Assembly: GCA_044351225.1 (NCBI GenBank)
Contig: JBILGD010000001.1
Span: forward strand, 1 to 54,445
Direction of reading: 5' to 3'
Source of the DNA: Steroidobacteraceae bacterium
GTDB lineage: Bacteria > Pseudomonadota > Gammaproteobacteria > Steroidobacterales > Steroidobacteraceae
DNA: 54,445 nt
Position numbers and translations under genes: made by a program
Notes under the pieces: generated by a model
The model's input: the letters and a program-made list of their open reading frames with translations, nothing else
The model's database searches: none
Told to the model about the DNA's origin: nothing
In this document: positions 1 to 8,828 of the stretch, one piece after another
Layout of the letters: every line of letters starts with the position of its first letter
How positions within the stretch are numbered: position 1 is the stretch's first letter

Positions 1-644
1 GTACCGCTCAGATCAAAGACGCTGGCGCCGGCAGCGATACCGTCGAAGAGTCCGGGGTAGCGTTGCGCGGCCATCATGCCGAGACGCCCGCCGTTCGAGC
101 AGCCCGAGAAATACTTGTAGCGGGGCGCAGTGCCATAGACCGACTCGGCGATGGCGACGCCGACGGTCGTCATGATGGGTAGTACTTTGTGCGCCCAGAT
201 CTCAAGCGCCTCGCTGTCACTTGCCCAGGCTGTTTCCCATGAGGCCGCTTGATGTCCGCCATCATGACTGATGGCGGCGTAGCCACGGCGCACGGATTCG
301 TTGATCGAATTGCCACGCCCCGACTTGTCAGGCAGCAACTCGCCGCAGAATCCGCCGCAGCCGGCCAGCAGGAATCGTTCTTTCCATTCTGCGGGCAGAC
401 GCATCACGAAACGGATTTTGCCGACCGCAAGCCCGCGTACCTCACAGTGGGGCGGCAGACCATCCGCGGTACGCCATTTCGGTGTGCCCTCAAAAGTCAC
501 GCCCTCCGGCGCGGCAGTGGCGACGCAGGATGCTGCCAAGCGGGCTGTTGACTCGCTGGCGACGATGGGATGTGTCATCAGTGCGGCGAGACAAAACATG
601 CCGGCGAGGCTGATTCGGATCGAGCTGTTGGTTTTGTACATCAT
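1..644 (-). CDS. tannase/feruloyl-esterase family hydrolase, 5' part (3' end runs off window)
   Basis: Absent from the ORF track because there is no stop in the window. Reverse translation from ATG at 644 gives MMYKTNSSIRISLAGMFCLAALM (signal peptide), then GCGGFCGEL and YKYFSGCSNGGRLGMMAAQRYPGLFDGIAAGA. The latter carries the G-C-S-x-G-G nucleophile motif typical of the tannase/feruloyl esterase family. Confidence 0.7.
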   Translation of the reverse strand, partial: MMYKTNSSIRISLAGMFCLAALMTHPIVASESTARLAASCVATAAPEGVTFEGTPKWRTADGLPPHCEVRGLAVGKIRFVMRLPAEWKERFLLAGCGGFCGELLPDKSGRGNSINESVRRGYAAISHDGGHQAASWETAWASDSEALEIWAHKVLPIMTTVGVAIAESVYGTAPRYKYFSGCSNGGRLGMMAAQRYPGLFDGIAAGASVFDLSG

Positions 645-763
645 TGGATATTCGGCCGACTGCTTAGGGGGGTGACTTGCAAATCGATACGGTTTCGGCG
701 AAGGTAGTTCATCGAACAAAAATACACCACCCCGATGGGGGTGCTTGAATAGGGGACACTCGA

Positions 764-3025
764 ATGAACAAGCGTCTGATTTCTGCCGCCGTCGCCGCCG
801 CAGTGCTCGGCAGTGGAGTGGCCGTCGGCAACGAACTCGAAGAGATTGTGGTGACGGCGCAAAAGCGCGCCGAATCTCTGGCCGATGTGCCGATTTCGCT
901 GACGGTCGTCTCGGGCGATCAGATTCAGAAGCAGGGGACGGCAACTCTCGAGCAGTTGGCGTACTCCATTCCGAACCTGAAGATCACGCAGACGGCGCTG
1001 GCCAACCGTATCGCGATCCGCGGTATCGCCACCGGCGACAACAAAGGTTTTGAGCAATCGGTCGCCATGTTCGTCGATGGCATCTACTACGGTCGCGATC
1101 AGCTCGTGCGCTTGCCGTTGGTGGACCTTGAGCGCGTCGAAGTCCTGCGTGGACCACAGCCGACACTGTTCGGCAAGAATGCCATTGCCGGTGCAGTCAG
1201 CGTGATCACACGCAAGCCCACCGATGAGTTTGAAGCCTCGGTCGACATCATGCATGAGCTCGAGGCCGACGAGACGCGCTTCACCGGTGTGCTATCGGGC
1301 CCTCTGAGCGACAACGTTCGGGCGCGACTCGTGGCCAACTATCGCGAGATGGATGGCTATGTCTACAACACCAAGATGCAGCGTAACGAGCCGAATCTCG
1401 ATGAGTCCTTCCTGCGCGGGCAGATCGACTTCGGTGGCGAGAGCGGTGTGCGCGGCAACCTCAAGCTCGAGTACGCCGATTTCAAGACTCAGGGACAGCC
1501 GCGTGAGGTGTTCGGTCCGGTCGGTTCCTATTCGGCTGCCTTTGTCGGTCCGCTCGCTGTCGAGACGGCCATCAACGGCAAACGCGAGGACAATGGCTAC
1601 GAAAGTGACAACGAGGTCACCAACGCCATCCTCACTCTCGACGTGCCGCTCGGTGAGAACACGCTGACATCGGTCACTGGGCTTCTCGACTACAGCGTCA
1701 AGGAATTGATCGACGTCGACTTCTCGCCGATCAGCCTGCTCGATGGCACCAACCAGAGCGAGGATTACCAGCAGATTTCGCAGGAGTTGCGGATCACTTC
1801 GCCCAACACCGGCAACTTCAACTACATCGCCGGTGTGTACTACCAGAAGAGCGAGCTCGATGTGACCGATCTCGTCGTGTTCAACCGCACTTTCTTGGGC
1901 TTTGGCCCGCCCTTCAACGCTATCGGCGACACGACAAATGATCGTCTCTACTCGCAGAATTCGACCCTGTGGTCGGCGTTTGCGCAGACCGAGTTCGCGC
2001 TCTCTGATCGTCTGCGGCTTACCGTCGGCGCTCGGTTCAATGATGAGTCCAAAGACGGCAGTCGGCAGCTCACGGTCAACAAGGGCGCCGCAAATCCTGC
2101 GCCGATTCCGGTGGTACAGGCAGTATTCCGGGCGCTCAATATCGAGGCGCATTCGATCGCCGGCGATCTCAGCGAGAGCTCGTTCAACCCGATGGCGAAC
2201 CTCAAGTTCGATCTGTCGGATAACGTCATGATGTACGCGACTTATGCGCGCGGCTCCAAGGCGGGCGGCTTCGACGTACGCTCGAACTCCCTGCCGACGT
2301 CCACCACGGTGGCGCGTCCGGGCGCGTTCAAGTTCGACGAAGAAACGGCTGACAACATCGAGGCGGGCATTCGCTACAACCGCAGCGACGTGTCGTTGCA
2401 CGTGTCTGCGTATCACACGAAATACAAAGATCTGCAGGTCAATATCTTCGACGGTACGCTGAACTTCAATGTGCGCAATGCCGCCGAGGCGGTCACCAAG
2501 GGCATCGAAGCCGACGGTCGAGTGGCCGTGGGTGAGTTCGTAACCCTGTCGGCTGCAGTGGCCTATCTCGACTTCGAGTTCGAGAACTTCACCAGTGGTC
2601 AGTGCTACTTCCAGCAGACGCCGGGCGCGAACGGATTCTGTGACTACACGGGCCAGCGTAATGCGATCACGCCGGAGTGGAGTGGTACTCTCGGCTTCGA
2701 CTTCGCTCGGCCGATTGGCAACTCACTGAAATTCGGCGTCAACCTCAATGTCGATTTCTCCTCGTCGTACATTGCCTCAGCGAATCTGGATCCGCGTACC
2801 AAGCAGGACTCCTTCGAGAAGTTCGGTGCGCGTGTGTCCCTCGGTTCGGCAGACGATCGTTGGGAAGTCGCGCTCGTCGGTCGCAACCTGACCGATGAGA
2901 CGATCCTGCAGACGGCCGGTGCGATGCCGCTCGCCACGACTATCACCCGCAACACGGGTGTGGCCTATAACGGCATCTTCGACCGACCGAAGTCGATCGC
3001 GCTGAGTGCGCGTTATCGCTTCTGA
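764..3025 (+). CDS. TonB-dependent outer-membrane receptor
   Basis: 753-aa ORF. Signal peptide MNKRLISAAVAAAVLGSGVAVG, plug start EEIVVTAQKRAESLADVPISLTVV, VEVLRGPQPTLFGKNAIAGAV motif, C-terminal aromatic residue (...SARYRF). Confidence 0.9.
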   Translation: MNKRLISAAVAAAVLGSGVAVGNELEEIVVTAQKRAESLADVPISLTVVSGDQIQKQGTATLEQLAYSIPNLKITQTALANRIAIRGIATGDNKGFEQSVAMFVDGIYYGRDQLVRLPLVDLERVEVLRGPQPTLFGKNAIAGAVSVITRKPTDEFEASVDIMHELEADETRFTGVLSGPLSDNVRARLVANYREMDGYVYNTKMQRNEPNLDESFLRGQIDFGGESGVRGNLKLEYADFKTQGQPREVFGPVGSYSAAFVGPLAVETAINGKREDNGYESDNEVTNAILTLDVPLGENTLTSVTGLLDYSVKELIDVDFSPISLLDGTNQSEDYQQISQELRITSPNTGNFNYIAGVYYQKSELDVTDLVVFNRTFLGFGPPFNAIGDTTNDRLYSQNSTLWSAFAQTEFALSDRLRLTVGARFNDESKDGSRQLTVNKGAANPAPIPVVQAVFRALNIEAHSIAGDLSESSFNPMANLKFDLSDNVMMYATYARGSKAGGFDVRSNSLPTSTTVARPGAFKFDEETADNIEAGIRYNRSDVSLHVSAYHTKYKDLQVNIFDGTLNFNVRNAAEAVTKGIEADGRVAVGEFVTLSAAVAYLDFEFENFTSGQCYFQQTPGANGFCDYTGQRNAITPEWSGTLGFDFARPIGNSLKFGVNLNVDFSSSYIASANLDPRTKQDSFEKFGARVSLGSADDRWEVALVGRNLTDETILQTAGAMPLATTITRNTGVAYNGIFDRPKSIALSARYRF

Positions 3026-3045
3026 CAAAGATCTTCTAACAAAGA

Positions 3046-3077
3046 AAGGGCGGTGCACCTTGTGGTGCACCGCCCTT
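3046..3077. terminator. bidirectional rho-independent-type hairpin between convergent TonB-dependent receptor genes
   Basis: Perfect 14-bp stem AAGGGCGGTGCACC / GGTGCACCGCCCTT with 4-nt loop TTGT. It lies between the stops at 3025 (+) and 3087 (-). Confidence 0.7.
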
Positions 3078-3086
3078 CAGTCGCTC

Positions 3087-5546
3087 TCAGAAGCTGAAGA
3101 CTAGCCGTCCGTAGTAGTAGCCGCCGTAGGCACCATAGGGACCCGCACCGTAGGGTGACAAGCCGATGGTGTTCGTCACGGTGGATCGGTCGGGGTATTC
3201 GTCGAAGACATTCAGCGCGCCCGCAGCCACCGTCAGGTTGTCGGTGGCACGCCACGACACCTCGAGATCCGTGACCCAGTCGGCGCCGAAGCGCTGGTCG
3301 TTGGCGGCGGCGTTGTCGAGCACACGGTAGCTGTCATAGCGCGTCTGTTGCCATTGCACGGACCAGGGGCCGGTTGACCAGTCGAGGCCCAATACCCATT
3401 TCGATTTCGGACCCTCGGTGAACCAGCCGCGCGTGCGACGATCGAACAGCGTCAAGCCGAGGCCCGCAAGGTTCGCGGGGTTCGCTGCGACAGCGCGAAT
3501 CTCGTTCTTGTTGCGGTTGTAGGCGAGGGTAGAGCGGAAGTCGCCAAAGCGAGTCCCGGCTGCGATGTGGCTCGCCACGATATCGAAGCCCGTGGTGCGC
3601 GTGTCCACTGCATTGGTGAAAAAACGGACGGATTGGTCACCCGAGAAGCGGTTGGCGATCAAAATATTTCGGATTCCTGTGCCAGAGAGCAGGCCGGTCA
3701 ATGTGATGCGATCATCAAGATCGATCTGGTAGGCATCGACGGCGATCGACAGGTTGCCAGACGGCGTCAGCGTGAAGCCGACGCTGTAGTTCATGGAGCG
3801 CTCCGGGTCGAGAGGCTCGGCGCCGAGTGCATTGGCGATCGACGATCCTGTCTTCACCACCTTGGTTAGCACAGGAACGTAAACGCCACCGACCAGGTTG
3901 ATGCTGGTCGAAGTCTGCGCAAAGGCTTGTTGCGCGAGCGAGGGGGCGCGAAAACCGTTGCTCACTGCGCCACGCAGCGCGAACCAATCATTGATTTCGT
4001 AGCGGCCGCTCACTTTGCCGGACACCACGCTGCCGGAGCTGTCGTCGTAATCCTCGAAGCGGCCTGCGGCGGTCAGTAGCAGCTGCTCCGATACATCCCA
4101 GGCAAAGTCGACATAGCCTGCGAAGATTTTGCGCGAAATGTCTGCAGCATCTTCCGGCGTCACCACGATGGCGCCCTGGGCTCCCACTTGCGCGGGACGG
4201 CCAGCCAACGAGGGTGTACCGACCGGATAGAAGTAGCCGCCATTGCGATAGCTGTCGACATCGAGCGGCCGGGTTTCGTAGCTTTCGTGGCGCAATTCGC
4301 CACCGAGTGAGACCTGCAGCGCACTGCCCGCGGCGAGCTCGAGACGACGTGTCAGATCGACGTTCGTGGTCCACTGATCGAATTGCGAGGCGAAGGTGTC
4401 GAACGACGTCGGGCTGGCTGCGCCCAACGAGGCGTTGAGCGTGTTGTCGGCGCCGTTATCGACGTCATTGCGACCGAAGGTCGAACTCAAGTCGAATTTC
4501 CACGTACCGAGGTCGGCACGGAAGCCGCCAGTGAGCTGGAAATCGATTTCCTCGAGGGTATAGAACGGTGTGAAGCCGTCCGGAAAGATCGCCACGATGT
4601 TTTGATTGGTATTTGGCTTGCGTCCTGCCTGACCGACACGCGCTTCGCGTAATGCGAATGTTCCATCGGAATAGATTTCGCCTGATGCCGTCGGCAGCGA
4701 TAACGTTTGCGCAAGCTTGATTTCTTCGATCTCGGGTAAGCCGCCAAGGTAGGTCCGACGGTTGACGGTGGCTTCGCGCGGGTCGGGCACATTTCCAGGC
4801 AGCGGAAAGTAAAAACTGCCAGGTACATCCGAGTTGCGAATCGTCGGCTCCGATTTCTTCGCGTCGAGCGTGAGGGTGAGCGCACCCTCTGCGCCGATCG
4901 CGAAGCCTCGCGCGGCGCTGAGCTGATAAGTATCGCCATCATTGCCGCTTTCGCCCCGCCCGTAGCGTTCGCCAAGGTCCAGCCTGATGCTGCCACCCTC
5001 GCGCTCGTTGCGCAGGATCACGTTGATCACGCCGGCGACCGCATCCGAGCCATATTGCGCCGAGGCGCCATCTCGCAGTACCTCGATACGCTCGATGGCA
5101 CTCGAGGGAATGAGATCAAGATCGACGGGATTGCCGCCCGCCGAAGTCGCGCCCGAGTTGAAATCGATGATCGAACTGTTGTGACGACGCTTGCCGTTGA
5201 CCAGCACCAGTACGTGGACGCCGGAGAGCCCGCGTAATCCGGCAGGACGAGTCAGGCTATTGAACGAAGAGCTGCCCACTGTGGTGGACTGAAACGATGG
5301 GACGAGTCGCGTCAGCACATCGCGCAACTGCAATCCGGCGCCAAGACGCTCGATTTCCTCGCCCCCGATGACGTCGATGGCGGTAGGGCTCGAGAGCACT
5401 GTGCGTGGCTGACCACGCGAGCCGGTCACTACGACCTCCGCGAGTTCCTTACTGAGCGGCAGATCCGCGGCAACGGCGGCTGATGATAGGGCGGCCACCG
5501 TCAAGGCGACGGTGGAACGTGATGGAAAACGCGTACGGGATGACAT
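3087..5546 (-). CDS. TonB-dependent outer-membrane receptor
   Basis: 819-aa ORF. Signal peptide, plug AEVVVTGSRGQPRTVLSSPTAIDVI, IEVLRDGASAQYGSDAVAGVINVIL motif, C-terminal ...GRLVFSF. Confidence 0.9.
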   Translation of the reverse strand: MSSRTRFPSRSTVALTVAALSSAAVAADLPLSKELAEVVVTGSRGQPRTVLSSPTAIDVIGGEEIERLGAGLQLRDVLTRLVPSFQSTTVGSSSFNSLTRPAGLRGLSGVHVLVLVNGKRRHNSSIIDFNSGATSAGGNPVDLDLIPSSAIERIEVLRDGASAQYGSDAVAGVINVILRNEREGGSIRLDLGERYGRGESGNDGDTYQLSAARGFAIGAEGALTLTLDAKKSEPTIRNSDVPGSFYFPLPGNVPDPREATVNRRTYLGGLPEIEEIKLAQTLSLPTASGEIYSDGTFALREARVGQAGRKPNTNQNIVAIFPDGFTPFYTLEEIDFQLTGGFRADLGTWKFDLSSTFGRNDVDNGADNTLNASLGAASPTSFDTFASQFDQWTTNVDLTRRLELAAGSALQVSLGGELRHESYETRPLDVDSYRNGGYFYPVGTPSLAGRPAQVGAQGAIVVTPEDAADISRKIFAGYVDFAWDVSEQLLLTAAGRFEDYDDSSGSVVSGKVSGRYEINDWFALRGAVSNGFRAPSLAQQAFAQTSTSINLVGGVYVPVLTKVVKTGSSIANALGAEPLDPERSMNYSVGFTLTPSGNLSIAVDAYQIDLDDRITLTGLLSGTGIRNILIANRFSGDQSVRFFTNAVDTRTTGFDIVASHIAAGTRFGDFRSTLAYNRNKNEIRAVAANPANLAGLGLTLFDRRTRGWFTEGPKSKWVLGLDWSTGPWSVQWQQTRYDSYRVLDNAAANDQRFGADWVTDLEVSWRATDNLTVAAGALNVFDEYPDRSTVTNTIGLSPYGAGPYGAYGGYYYGRLVFSF

Positions 5547-5606
5547 GGATGACCTCTTGAGTGGACCGCGCGCAGACTAGCGAAGCAGCGAGCGCTGCAG
5601 GATGCG

Positions 5607-5666
5607 TAACGGTTAGCTGCTCATACCTAACGGTTTGGCCTCACGGTTTGGCCTCACGGTTTGGTA
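5607..5666. repeat. direct-repeat array in the divergent TBDR / corC-nikR promoter region
   Basis: Three contiguous 13-bp units: TAACGGTTTGGCC (5628-5640), TCACGGTTTGGCC (5641-5653), TCACGGTTTGGTA (5654-5666). A partial copy TAACGGTTA lies at 5607-5615, 21 bp upstream of the first unit. Confidence 0.8.
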
Positions 5667-5678
5667 CAGAAATTCACG

Positions 5679-5684
5679 TAGAAT
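5679..5684 (+). promoter_or_regulatory. candidate sigma70 -10 box (TAGAAT) for corC-nikR
   Basis: TAGAAT lies 42 nt upstream of the corC ATG. The -35 position is occupied by the last 13-bp repeat unit rather than a TTGACA-like hexamer. Confidence 0.35.
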
Positions 5685-5725
5685 GGTCGCGTCTCGGGTT
5701 ACGAGGAGGGCGGGCTGGCGCTGTC

Positions 5726-7006
5726 ATGGAAATCGCTTTATTGATCGGACTGATCGTCCTGAATGGTCTTTTTGCGATGGCGGAGATCGCCATCCTCACC
5801 GCCAAGCGTGTCCGGCTAGAGTCTGCGGCCGAGGCAGGCGATGCGGGCGCTGCTCAAGCGCTCAAACTGGCAGACAACCCGAACCGCTTCCTCTCGACCG
5901 TGCAGGTTGGCATTACCTCCATCGGTGTGCTGAGCGGCATCGTCGGCGAGGCCACGTTGGCCCGTCCTTTCGAGGTGTTGCTGGAGGACGCCGGGGTCGA
6001 TCCGACCTTCGCGAGTTATTTTGCGACGGGCTTTGTCGTAGTCACGATCACTTACTTCGCCATCGTCGTTGGCGAACTCATTCCCAAGCGCATCGCACAG
6101 ACCTATCCGGAGTTGATGGCCCGTCTGATTTCGCGGCCCATCGCGCTGCTCGCGGTCGCCACCCGCCCGTTCGTTCACCTGCTGTCCAAATCAACCGAGA
6201 TCCTGCTGCGGGTGCTGCGGATTCCGGAAAAGCGCGAGTCAGAGGTCACGGAGGAAGAAATCTACTCGGTGCTCAAGGAGGGGGCGGAATCAGGCGTGCT
6301 CGAATCGGAAGAGCGGACGATGATGCAGAATTTGTTCCGACTTGATGAGCGCAAACTGGTTTCGCTGATGGTGCCGATTACGGATGTGGTGTTTCTGGAT
6401 GCCACGGTACCCCTGAATGAGAACCTCAAGATCATCTCTACCGTTGGGCATGCTCGCTTTCCGGTGGTCCGGGAGAATTGGGAACACGTCATTGGCGTGT
6501 TACGCACGAAGGTCTTGGTGCACAGCTTGGTCGAGAGTGATGGTAAGTCGCTCGAAGAATTGCTTGATGAGCCATCGTTCGTGCCGGAGTCGAGCTCGGC
6601 ACTCGATCTGCTGACACAACTGCAGAAATCGACCTCGAAGATGGCATTCGTGATCGATGAATACGGCGGGGTCCTCGGGATCGTCACCATGCAGGATCTG
6701 CTCGAGGCGATCACAGGGCAGTTCACCCAAGCGGGGCAGGTGATGTCCTGGGGCACGATGCGTGCGGATGGCAGCTGGTTGCTTGAGGGTACGGTGCCCA
6801 TTCACGAGCTGAAGGACATGCTAGATATCAGGCAGCTGCCCGAGGAAGAGCGTGATCAGTACTCCTCGCTCAGCGGAATGTTCTTGTTGTTACATGACGC
6901 GGTTCCCAAGGAAGGCGATAGCGTGATCTGGGCGGGGTGGCGATTCGAAATCGTCGATATGGATGGCAATGCCATCGACAAGGTGCTGGCAAGCCGAGTG
7001 GGTTGA
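5726..7006 (+). CDS. HlyC/CorC family transporter (DUF21-CBS-CorC_HlyC)
   Basis: Start moved to the internal ATG 5726 (MEIALLIGLIVLNGLFAMAEIAILTAK is the typical DUF21 N-terminus). CBS pair region, then C-terminal CorC_HlyC-like ...WLLEGTVPIHELKDML...GWRFEIVDMDGNAIDKVL. Confidence 0.85.
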   Translation: MEIALLIGLIVLNGLFAMAEIAILTAKRVRLESAAEAGDAGAAQALKLADNPNRFLSTVQVGITSIGVLSGIVGEATLARPFEVLLEDAGVDPTFASYFATGFVVVTITYFAIVVGELIPKRIAQTYPELMARLISRPIALLAVATRPFVHLLSKSTEILLRVLRIPEKRESEVTEEEIYSVLKEGAESGVLESEERTMMQNLFRLDERKLVSLMVPITDVVFLDATVPLNENLKIISTVGHARFPVVRENWEHVIGVLRTKVLVHSLVESDGKSLEELLDEPSFVPESSSALDLLTQLQKSTSKMAFVIDEYGGVLGIVTMQDLLEAITGQFTQAGQVMSWGTMRADGSWLLEGTVPIHELKDMLDIRQLPEEERDQYSSLSGMFLLLHDAVPKEGDSVIWAGWRFEIVDMDGNAIDKVLASRVG

Positions 7007-7066
7007 TCGGCATTTCGTGCCAATTTTTGGCTGGTTTTTCGCGGCTGATATGTCGGGAGATTTTCC

Positions 7067-7522
7067 ATGGAGCGGTTCACGATTTCTCTGGGCAAAGATC
7101 TGGCCGAAGCCTTTGATCGCTGGATCGCCGAGCGCGGCTATACGACGCGCAGCGAGGCCGTGCGCGATCTGCTGCGCTCGCACCTGCAAACGCGCGCTGG
7201 GAGCGACTCAAAGGGTCATTGCATCGCCGCGCTGTCCTATGTGTACAACCATCACGAGCGCGAGCTCGCCGAGCGGCTAACGCGCCTGCAGCACGAACAT
7301 CACGAGTTGACCATCTCGACCACGCACGCGCATCTCGATCATGAGAACTGCATCGAGAGTCTGATCCTGAAGGGGCGAGTAGATGCCGTACGCCGCTTCG
7401 CCGACTTGCTCATCGCCGAGCGCGGTGTGCGACACGGGCAACTGAATCTGGTCAGCGTCGAGCGGGGCGCGATGCACGCCCACGATGGCAAGGCGCATCG
7501 GCATATGAAGCCGAAGCATTGA
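7067..7522 (+). CDS. nikR: nickel-responsive transcriptional regulator NikR
   Basis: The ribbon-helix-helix N-terminus MERFTISLGKDLAEAFDRWIAERGYTTRSEAVRDLLR is collinear with E. coli NikR. The C-terminal metal site is conserved: YVYNHHE...QHEHHELTISTTHAHLDHENC (the H-x-H and Cys ligands). Confidence 0.85.
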   Translation: MERFTISLGKDLAEAFDRWIAERGYTTRSEAVRDLLRSHLQTRAGSDSKGHCIAALSYVYNHHERELAERLTRLQHEHHELTISTTHAHLDHENCIESLILKGRVDAVRRFADLLIAERGVRHGQLNLVSVERGAMHAHDGKAHRHMKPKH

Positions 7523-7528
7523 TGCTTA

Positions 7529-7546
7529 TCAGCGTCTTGACGCTGA
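7529..7546. promoter_or_regulatory. perfect palindrome between nikR stop and gltS start (operator or weak terminator)
   Basis: TCAGCGTC-TT-GACGCTGA. It contains a TTGACG -35-like hexamer and ends 18 nt before the gltS ATG. Confidence 0.3.
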
Positions 7547-7563
7547 CGTGCTAGGGTACCGCC

Positions 7564-8811
7564 ATGTTCGAATTGGATCTCATCCGGACGTTCGCGGTCG
7601 CCGGGCTCGCGCTGGCGGCGGGGTTTTTCATCGTGGGTCGGGTTCGCGTTCTGGCGCGCTACAACGTGCCTGCGGCGGTTGTGGGCGGCTTGCTGATCGC
7701 GCTCTTGGTAGCGCTCGCGCATGAAGCCGAGCTGGCCGAGGTCAAATTCGACACCAGTCTGCAAAGCACCCTGATGATCGCGTTTTTCACTTCGATCGGT
7801 TTCAGCGCGAGTCTTTCGTTGCTGCGGGCAGGCTCCGGGCAAGCCCTGCTGTTTCTTGCGCTGGCGAGTTTTCTGGCAGTGATGCAAAGCCTCGTCGGTA
7901 TCGGCGTGGCGGTTGCCTTCGGCGAGCATCCTTTGATGGGCGTGCTGATGAGTTCGACGGCACTCGCGGGTGGCCCCGCCACGGCCTTGGCGTTCGCACC
8001 CCAGTTTGCGGCCGCTGGCGTCGAGGCCGCGGAGAGTTTGGCGATTGCCGCAGCGATGGCGGGGATCGTGCTCGGCGGGCTTGCCGGTGGTCCGATTGCG
8101 ACGCGTCTGCTCGAAAAACACGCGGGCGAAGCGGGCTTCGGTGCGCGCGAGCCCGTGCTGCGCAGCGGCACCGTTGTGCTGGCGCCGCAGCGGCAGCCCC
8201 CGCAGGCCGCAAGTTCGGCCGCCCAGACGTCTTCTGACAACGAGGAGACCGGGATTCGCGAGATCCTGCGCGGGCTAACAGTGCTATTCGTGGCCATGGC
8301 GCTAGGCAGTTTTGTGAGTGCAGGTTTTGTGTCTGCAGGGCTGACCTTGCCGGGTTACGTGGGCGCGATGCTGGTGGGTGCGTTGATCCGCAATATCGAC
8401 GATGCGACCGGCTGGATACGGTTGCCCGAGGCCGTGACATCCCAGACGGGCGCCGTGTGTCTGACCTTGTTCCTGACTATTGCGCTGATGAACCTCAAGC
8501 TCTGGGAACTCGCGTCGCTGGCTTTGCCGCTGATCGTCAATCTGGTGCTGCAGGTCACGATGGTGGCGATCTTCTGTTGGTGGGTCGTCTTTCGTCTGAT
8601 GGGTCGCGATTACGATGCGGCTGTGATGAGTGGTGGCTTCACGGGATTCATGCTCGGTACCACCGCGAATGCGATGGCGGTGATGCGTACGATCGTCGAG
8701 CGCTTCGGTCCTGCGCCGCGGGCTTTTCTGGTGGCACCGCTGGTCGGGGCTTTCTTCATCGATTTCAGCAATGCGCTCATCATCACCACTTTCCTGAATC
8801 TGCTCGGCTGA
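7564..8811 (+). CDS. gltS: sodium/glutamate symporter GltS
   Basis: 415 aa, polytopic. The N-terminus MFELDLIRTFAVAGL...YNVPAAVVGGLLIALLVAL...FDTSLQSTLMIAFFTSIGFSASLSLLRAG is collinear with E. coli GltS. Confidence 0.85.
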   Translation: MFELDLIRTFAVAGLALAAGFFIVGRVRVLARYNVPAAVVGGLLIALLVALAHEAELAEVKFDTSLQSTLMIAFFTSIGFSASLSLLRAGSGQALLFLALASFLAVMQSLVGIGVAVAFGEHPLMGVLMSSTALAGGPATALAFAPQFAAAGVEAAESLAIAAAMAGIVLGGLAGGPIATRLLEKHAGEAGFGAREPVLRSGTVVLAPQRQPPQAASSAAQTSSDNEETGIREILRGLTVLFVAMALGSFVSAGFVSAGLTLPGYVGAMLVGALIRNIDDATGWIRLPEAVTSQTGAVCLTLFLTIALMNLKLWELASLALPLIVNLVLQVTMVAIFCWWVVFRLMGRDYDAAVMSGGFTGFMLGTTANAMAVMRTIVERFGPAPRAFLVAPLVGAFFIDFSNALIITTFLNLLG

Positions 8812-8828
8812 ATCGCCTTTAACCCCGC

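Noticed and set aside
1292-2416. 374-aa minus-strand ORF inside the first TonB-dependent receptor gene. Similar cases: 641..1255, 7339..8121, 13899..14987, 23845..24597, 25054..25845, 26315..27202, 30326..30970, 31665..32528, 32874..33803, 47113..48093.
   Set aside because: All are antisense or off-frame ORFs within genes that have strong family motifs. Their compositions (Arg/Gly/His/Asp-rich) are typical of non-coding frames in high-GC DNA.
5599-5626. Possible NikR operator: TCATAC (5621-5626) equals the right half-site of the E. coli GTATGA-N16-TCATAC box
   Set aside because: The matching left half is poor (GGATGC at N15, 4 of 6). A single 6-mer is expected by chance, so it is mentioned only as context for the repeat-array finding.
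5561-5725. N-terminal extensions of track ORFs: corC 5561, MBL 17658, sucA 23368, sucB 26354, queC 37132, tolQ 31821, histidine phosphatase 22338, alpha/beta hydrolase 47203, LOG 44705, IorB 11865
   Set aside because: In each case an internal start reproduces the canonical family N-terminus and/or gives ATGA/GTGA coupling with the upstream gene. The extension either overlaps a neighbouring gene or intergenic repeats, or is compositionally non-protein-like.
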